A stretch of 64,000 nucleotides of DNA from a virus (taxonomy: Duplodnaviria; Caudoviricetes), in IMG/VR virus record IMGVR_UViG_3300033066_001054, one strand, 5' to 3'. The position numbers were made by a program, and so were the translations under genes. This document shows, in pieces, positions 58,327-64,000 of this stretch. Numbering within the stretch: position 1 is the first letter of the stretch; the number at the start of each line of letters is the position of its first letter. A model generated the notes under the pieces. The model made no database searches and was not told where the DNA came from. It saw only the letters and a list, made by a program, of their open reading frames with translations.

Positions 58327-59070
58327 GTGATGGAGCCACACGAGGACAATACAGTGGCCACTCAGTCTGAAGAATTTCTTTACAATTGGAACAACCAACT
58401 AGCTTCGGGTACTCAGCGCGAGCGACAAACCCTATTGATACGCGAGGCACAATCATTACGAAAGGCAGGCTATGAGCAACGAGAAGCCCTTGATATGCTC
58501 TTGGCAGACCATCAAGATGTTGTCGCCGTCGAAGGTGCAATTGGATATGTATTTGCCGACGCAAAACCCGAAAATGTGAAAGAGGTGTCCGCAGAGGCGG
58601 TCGTACCAACTTCATACAAAGATATCGCGCCAATCATCGAAAACCGATTGGCAGAAATGGGCCCAGAAAAGTTCATTAGCGCATTGTGCGATGCTGCATA
58701 CCCAATCGTCCGTACTTCACAGCGCGGTCGAGAATCACTGGTTCGCCTGGCTGATTCGGCACTAAGCATGCGTCACGCAATGAGTTCGCTGCATGACACA
58801 CTGGCTCCTTATTTTGAGACCGCCATGCTTGACTCTGTCTTATTGGCAAACAAGCTGGAAACCCGAGTCGCTGAAAAGCAAACGGGTGTCTACGATTGTG
58901 AAACCAAGAAAGGTTCAGTAACAGTAGACATTCGACAAGCCTCTAGCACTAGCGACAGATTCGTAGGTGGAAATTTCTCTGAATTTGGATTAGCCTGCGA
59001 ATACATGGTCAAGGTAGCTGACCATATTTCTCCGCACGAAAGGCTGAGAAAAGCTGTAAATTCAAAGTAA
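58327..59070 (+). CDS. Hypothetical protein
   Basis: 247-aa ORF. Confidence 0.65.
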   Translation: MMEPHEDNTVATQSEEFLYNWNNQLASGTQRERQTLLIREAQSLRKAGYEQREALDMLLADHQDVVAVEGAIGYVFADAKPENVKEVSAEAVVPTSYKDIAPIIENRLAEMGPEKFISALCDAAYPIVRTSQRGRESLVRLADSALSMRHAMSSLHDTLAPYFETAMLDSVLLANKLETRVAEKQTGVYDCETKKGSVTVDIRQASSTSDRFVGGNFSEFGLACEYMVKVADHISPHERLRKAVNSK

Positions 59071-59089
59071 GCTGCTACCAGCTTACTTT
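59065..59089 (+). terminator. Hairpin at gene end
   Basis: AAGTAAGCTG-ctac-CAGCTTACTT-T. Confidence 0.55.
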
Positions 59090-59100
59090 ACAAGTAACGT

Positions 59101-59808
59101 ATGGCCGAAAACAAAGACAAAAAGGTCGTTAGTTCAATAGTAGTACCGGGGATGCGAAAAGCATTTCGTGACTTGCCGGTCGAACAGCGAAAATATATTC
59201 AAGATTTGAAGGGAGACGAGCAACCCTTTCATCCTTTGCCGCCCGACCCATATGAGGGTGTCACCTATGTTACATTTCATGAACCCAAGTGTTCGATTTG
59301 CTCATCGCCGTACAAAACCCAGCTTGAACACGTGTTTCTCGCCAATGGCGAAAGTCCAAGTGCGGTTTCACAGTATTTCTGGCATTACTACGGCGTGATG
59401 GTTAACCCCGCTGCAATCAAGCAGCACATGAATAAGCACTGTGTGCTCAACGAGATAACCACCTCTGGTTTGGCACAGCTTCAGAAACGAGCCGAGGAAT
59501 TTGACTGGTGGCGCTTGCGTAGAAGCGAACTGGTAATTACAGGGTTATTGTCGCAGATTGACCGTATTGAAGGCATACGTACAAAGGGCAATCCGGACCT
59601 AGAACTGAAGAAATCAGCAGAAATGCGTGCGCTGCTTGCATCGTATTCAACAGCGCAAAAACAATTTGAAGAAGAAGCCAATGAGGTCATTAGTGTTCGC
59701 CATGTCTTAGCAGACATCATGAATCTATTGACTGATGAATCTAGTAAAGAAATCATTCGCAAATACGTAAATGACCTCAGAACCAAAATTAGAGGTGATA
59801 TGTCGTAA
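59101..59808 (+). CDS. Hypothetical protein, candidate terminase small subunit
   Basis: CSIC...H...H followed by a helical region; coupled to terL (TAATG). Confidence 0.5.
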   Translation: MAENKDKKVVSSIVVPGMRKAFRDLPVEQRKYIQDLKGDEQPFHPLPPDPYEGVTYVTFHEPKCSICSSPYKTQLEHVFLANGESPSAVSQYFWHYYGVMVNPAAIKQHMNKHCVLNEITTSGLAQLQKRAEEFDWWRLRRSELVITGLLSQIDRIEGIRTKGNPDLELKKSAEMRALLASYSTAQKQFEEEANEVISVRHVLADIMNLLTDESSKEIIRKYVNDLRTKIRGDMS

Positions 59809-61916
59809 TGGCAAAAGACAAAAAACAAGACAGTTTACAGCAGAAAGAAGACTTGTTGCGAGAACTTACAGAGTTCAGCCAAGTTTTTAACACCGATGCT
59901 GAGATTGCAGAAGAAGAAACACTCTTTACGTTTACTTCTCAGGCGCGTAGTGAAACGCCGGCACCACCAGAGCCGGCCAAGTCCCCAAAAAACCCGTATG
60001 GGCTTCATGACATTATTACGTTCTGTGAGCATCCATATTTTCTTGGGCAGACCCTTACACCAATGCAGAAAATCATTCTGAAGGCATGGTGCATGGGTTC
60101 AGAGGGCAACCAGCACTTGCACCTAACCAATGAAATCACGTCTGATTGTTCTGGGTGTGCATGGGATTATGTTCGAGCCAAAGAAGAGGAGCTTTCAAAG
60201 ATTACACTGGGCGAAGGTGTTTACAAACTGCCGCCCGGCAAGGTTCCATCAGAGAACTCACCATGCTTGAGCTGTATTCGGTTTTGCGCTGTGGCACGCG
60301 CCAAGCGATTTGAGCAACTGAAATACGAGGCGATTAACGATTTTGAACTCGAGGACGTAAAACAACGAGAAGAGGCTGAACTGGTCGACCGGTTTGAAAG
60401 TGAAATGATGCTCCTTGAAAGAGAAGGCATTCCACAAAAGACCAGAGACCAAATTGTCAGAAAACTCGGTAGAACATTTACTGAAATGATTCTTGTTATG
60501 GGCCGACGAAGTGGTAAGAGCTATCTGGTTGCCATTCTGGCACTGTATGCCGTTTATCGCTTGATTAAAATGGAGCACCCACAAAAAGCCTACGGATTGA
60601 TGGACTTCGACATTATCACTGTTCTAAACGTCGCTAAGTCAGAAGACCAGGCCAAGGGTGCCGTATTTGAGAAAATCTTCTCACTGGTCCTTACGTCTCC
60701 GTTTTTCGGACCGTTTGTCGCCCACTACACGCAAACTACACTGCACTTTATGACACCAAGAGACTTGGAAGAGCACGAGCGCAGAAAGCGTCGTGGTATT
60801 ACCGAAAAGAAGGGAACCATACACCTGATATCGGGTCACTCTAACTCAAGTTCGCTTGTTGGTAAAACCGTTGTCGTTCTGATTATTGACGAGATGGCCG
60901 AAATGGCCGGCAAGAAGGGCGATGATGGCAAGGACAAGGAACTGTATGAAAAGCTCAAGAAATCGCTTGCTACATTTGGCTCAGATGGCAAAACCATTCT
61001 ACTGTCCAACCCTCTGTATGAAACCGGTGAGTTCTATCGTTTGTATGAAACATCTTTCTCTCGAGACCACGTTTTGATGTTTCAGGTACCGACAGAGATA
61101 TGCAACCCGACTGTTGAAAAGTCTTATCTTGAACAAGAACGCAAGGACAGCCCGGAATCATACTCAATGCACTTCGAGGCACAGTTCGCATCAAGTAGTA
61201 AAGACCCGTTCTTACCACCAGATGTTGTCGCCGCTTCATTCTTTAGGCTCGATAACATAGGTCGTACAGAAATAGGTAAACCTGGTGTGAGTTATTTTGC
61301 ACATCTTGACCCGGCATATAACTCAGATATGTATGTTCTGGCGCTAGTACACGCAGAACCAATGAAGGATGAGAAAGACAAAGACGGTCGACCACTTATG
61401 GAGGTTATAGTAGACCATATTCATATTTGGCGGCCAAAAGATAAACATAACCCAATCAATCCAGAGACAGTAAATCAGTATGTTGTTGACCTTTCGAAGC
61501 GATTTAACATAGTTCAGGTTACATACGACCATTGGAATAGTGAGTCGTCTATTTGGGTACTTAAAAGCCACGGAATCAATGCCGATAAGCGTGTCTTCTC
61601 ACCAGGATACCAAGACATGATTTTCCAAAACCTCAAAGACTTAATGATGGGAGAGCGAATACACTTTTACGGCCTGGATACTTGGACACAAGATAAAGAA
61701 GGCGTTCTGTGCTTGCAAGAAATCACCGAAGCGAAAAAGCAATTCACCTATCTCGAAAAAGTCATTAAGCACAATCGACCGAAGATACAAGCCCCCTATG
61801 GAATCAACGATGACATTGTAGATGCTGTCAGCGCGGCCGCGTTTGAGTGCATTAACACCAAGCAATATAAGTCAATCGCGAGACCTCGCGGTGTTAGAAT
61901 GCCAAGAGCATTTTAA
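59808..61916 (+). CDS. terL: Terminase large subunit
   Basis: Q motif, Walker A GRRSGKS, Walker B IIDE, LSNP, and RNase H-like HLDPA, YD.WNS, DDIVDA. Confidence 0.9.
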   Translation: MAKDKKQDSLQQKEDLLRELTEFSQVFNTDAEIAEEETLFTFTSQARSETPAPPEPAKSPKNPYGLHDIITFCEHPYFLGQTLTPMQKIILKAWCMGSEGNQHLHLTNEITSDCSGCAWDYVRAKEEELSKITLGEGVYKLPPGKVPSENSPCLSCIRFCAVARAKRFEQLKYEAINDFELEDVKQREEAELVDRFESEMMLLEREGIPQKTRDQIVRKLGRTFTEMILVMGRRSGKSYLVAILALYAVYRLIKMEHPQKAYGLMDFDIITVLNVAKSEDQAKGAVFEKIFSLVLTSPFFGPFVAHYTQTTLHFMTPRDLEEHERRKRRGITEKKGTIHLISGHSNSSSLVGKTVVVLIIDEMAEMAGKKGDDGKDKELYEKLKKSLATFGSDGKTILLSNPLYETGEFYRLYETSFSRDHVLMFQVPTEICNPTVEKSYLEQERKDSPESYSMHFEAQFASSSKDPFLPPDVVAASFFRLDNIGRTEIGKPGVSYFAHLDPAYNSDMYVLALVHAEPMKDEKDKDGRPLMEVIVDHIHIWRPKDKHNPINPETVNQYVVDLSKRFNIVQVTYDHWNSESSIWVLKSHGINADKRVFSPGYQDMIFQNLKDLMMGERIHFYGLDTWTQDKEGVLCLQEITEAKKQFTYLEKVIKHNRPKIQAPYGINDDIVDAVSAAAFECINTKQYKSIARPRGVRMPRAF

Positions 61917-61956
61917 TCGTAGGTGCATCACAGTGTATTGCTTAAATTAGACTCTG

Positions 61957-63186
61957 ATGAGTGAGTTTGCTCGATATCTGGATGCCGAACTAAATCGTTT
62001 CTTGTCACGAGAAGCGCAATTTGGTGGGCGAGGCGGTCATCCACAGTCATGGATGACTGGGTTTGGCAATACATCATTGGGTCACGAGCGACGCACTGGT
62101 CCAGGCGGACAAAACAATTTTGCGCCCAATATGAGTCTAGACAGTATTATGGGCAGGACTCGTCGCAACACAGAAGACGCAGACCTACCAGATATTAACA
62201 TGGAAAGGTGGCTAGAAGGCTCACACACGGATGTAGAGGGCGATAGGCGAGGATATGACCTGAGTCCAGAAGAAAGACAGCTACAAAGCCTGAGAGAAAA
62301 GATTCGAAGACGAGAACTGTTTTTGCAATCCGAAAGAAACCCAGAAGCCAAGTTGGATGTTCCAAAGAAATTCAAGGATGGTAGCAATCAAGAGCAACAT
62401 CAAACGATTGAGTCTACGCTTGAACATAGGCACGAAAACGACGGAAAAGAATACAGCGACCAAGCCGCGCCGCAAATACAGCCCACGCGGACGTTTGGTT
62501 ATGCCAACACGTATCAACGCATGTTGAGGCTTGCAACCAAGTCGATATTTGACCAGAACAACAACACTCGCGAAGTAAAGCGCACGCACACCAGCACAGA
62601 GGCCACGCCGGTTATCACATCAAATGAAGAGGGCGACCCAATGAGTGCAGAAGAGGTGTCTAAAAAGATGCCCGCGCTTGGCAAAATGACCACCACTGTA
62701 AACCCAGGAGGAATCCCAACATCTAAGTCTGATTTTGAGCGTGCATTAGATGAATTGGCTCTCGATGATGCTGGAAAAGCAGATTTGGGTATGCAAAACA
62801 AGGACAATACATGGGGCGAGCGAACCTTGACATTCGACTTGCCGGCAGCAGATGAAGTTGGCGACCACTCAGGAAGCAAACTGCTAAACAAGGATATGTT
62901 CAAGGATGACAACGGCGCATTTGATGAAGATGGGTTCGATGGAGACCTAGATGCATTTCTTGATAAAGAACCCGATGAGGCGGTTACCACACTCGAGGAA
63001 CAACTGGAAAAAACCAGACCAAAACGCAAGTTCCGACCGCAAGACTCAGACCAGGTTGATGGATTCAGTGAAACGGAAGCCAAGCATTTGACAAATCCGA
63101 ATTTCCCGAATGTTCCGTGGGGATTGTCAGACTACTATAATGGCGGAGCATTTGCCGACCACGGCGTTCCGCTTCCTAAAATCTAG
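61957..63186 (+). CDS. Hypothetical acidic, likely disordered protein
   Basis: 409-aa ORF after terL. Confidence 0.65.
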   Translation: MSEFARYLDAELNRFLSREAQFGGRGGHPQSWMTGFGNTSLGHERRTGPGGQNNFAPNMSLDSIMGRTRRNTEDADLPDINMERWLEGSHTDVEGDRRGYDLSPEERQLQSLREKIRRRELFLQSERNPEAKLDVPKKFKDGSNQEQHQTIESTLEHRHENDGKEYSDQAAPQIQPTRTFGYANTYQRMLRLATKSIFDQNNNTREVKRTHTSTEATPVITSNEEGDPMSAEEVSKKMPALGKMTTTVNPGGIPTSKSDFERALDELALDDAGKADLGMQNKDNTWGERTLTFDLPAADEVGDHSGSKLLNKDMFKDDNGAFDEDGFDGDLDAFLDKEPDEAVTTLEEQLEKTRPKRKFRPQDSDQVDGFSETEAKHLTNPNFPNVPWGLSDYYNGGAFADHGVPLPKI

Positions 63187-63202
63187 CGTGTATAACCCGC
63201 CA

Positions 63203-64000
63203 TATGGAGCCAAGAAAGTATGACTTTCTGATTGTTGGCGCAGGGTTATTCGGTTCTACATTTGCGCGACATGCAACAGATAGCGGAAAAAAGGTTCTCG
63301 TTATAGATAAACGAGAACACATTGCTGGCAATTGTTACGATGAAGATGTCGATGGCATATATGTGGGCAAATACGGCCCCCACTTTTTTCACACACCAGA
63401 AAGCTCAACATGGGCTTTCGTCAATAGGTTCAGCGATTTCAACAATGTACGCGCTAAACCGAAAGTCAATTACCAAGGCAAGATTTACAGCTTTCCAATC
63501 AATCTGATGACATTTTGTCAAGTATGGGGTGTCACTACTCCTGCTGAAGCCAGAGCGAGAATTGAGGCAGAACGAGTTCAAATTGAAAACCCGTCAAATT
63601 TCGAAGAGTTCGTGTTGTCGAAAGTTGGTCGACAAATCTACGAAATGTTCTTCGAGGGATACACCACAAAACAATGGGGCAGGCACCCATCAGAACTCCC
63701 GGCATCTATTGCAAAAAGAATTCCCATTCGATTTACCTACGATGACAACTACTTTCCAGACAGCCATGTGTATCAGGGGATTCCGTCCTTAGGATACACT
63801 AATATGTTCAAAAACATGCTAGATGGAATTGAGGTCGAACTTGGGGTTGATTATCTTGCCAACAGAAAATCATTGAGTAAAATGGCAAAACAGGTCCTAT
63901 ACACTGGACCGTTGGATGCCTTGTATCACTACAGATTTGGTAAGCTCGAATACCGTAGTTTGAGATTTGAAACCGAAAGGGTTATTGGTGATTTTCAAGG
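63203..64000 (+). CDS. glf: UDP-galactopyranose mutase, truncated by the window end (not in the ORF track)
   Basis: Translates MEPRKYDFLIVGAGLFG...HIAGNCYD...YGPHFFHT...YT.KQWG...RIPIR...YQGIP..GYT...LEYRSL. Confidence 0.93.

Noticed and set aside
35078-61916. Inteins in DnaB, DnaE, RecA, NrdJ or TerL
   Set aside because: I saw no Cys/Ser...His-Asn splice motifs or LAGLIDADG blocks, and the insertions present are short.
1-64000. tRNA, rRNA or CRISPR arrays
   Set aside because: I saw no cloverleaf, rRNA-like tract or spaced direct repeats, and intergenic gaps are short. A covariance search was not possible.

Overview
This window reads as part of a large (jumbo-type) bacteriophage genome. It is densely coding in the standard genetic code and has a terminase large subunit (59808-61916), free-standing homing-type endonucleases and many orphan ORFs. 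I recognised no rRNA, tRNA or CRISPR array. The left part (1-28 kb) is accessory: an HDAC/AcuC deacetylase, an RtcB RNA ligase split by a complete group II intron (3169-5602), FolD, Prs, SpeD, a nicotinamidase-vWA(TerY)-PP2C-kinase-NadE run, Ugd, a SLOG-nuclease fusion, a C5 methyltransferase, Fic, RusA and a glycosyltransferase. The right part (28-58 kb) encodes a nearly complete bacterial-type replication and recombination set: a split SbcC/Rad50 with SbcD, a DnaC-like loader, DnaB, a split primase, DnaE, an SSB-like protein, RecA, RecJ, NrdJ, DnaX, DnaN and HolA. It also has two clear sigma factors, a third divergent sigma-like protein and a SpoVS homologue, followed by the terminase region and a truncated glf. 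Non-coding signals: many genes look leaderless (-10 box 5-7 nt before the start codon); two recurrent upstream motifs (TGTATAA, TGCGATAA); two start codons buried in hairpins that also carry a promoter motif; and an apparent absence of GATC. The best candidate for an undescribed system is the phage-borne NAD-salvage plus TerY-P signalling cluster. All assignments come from motif recognition by eye, with no database searches.
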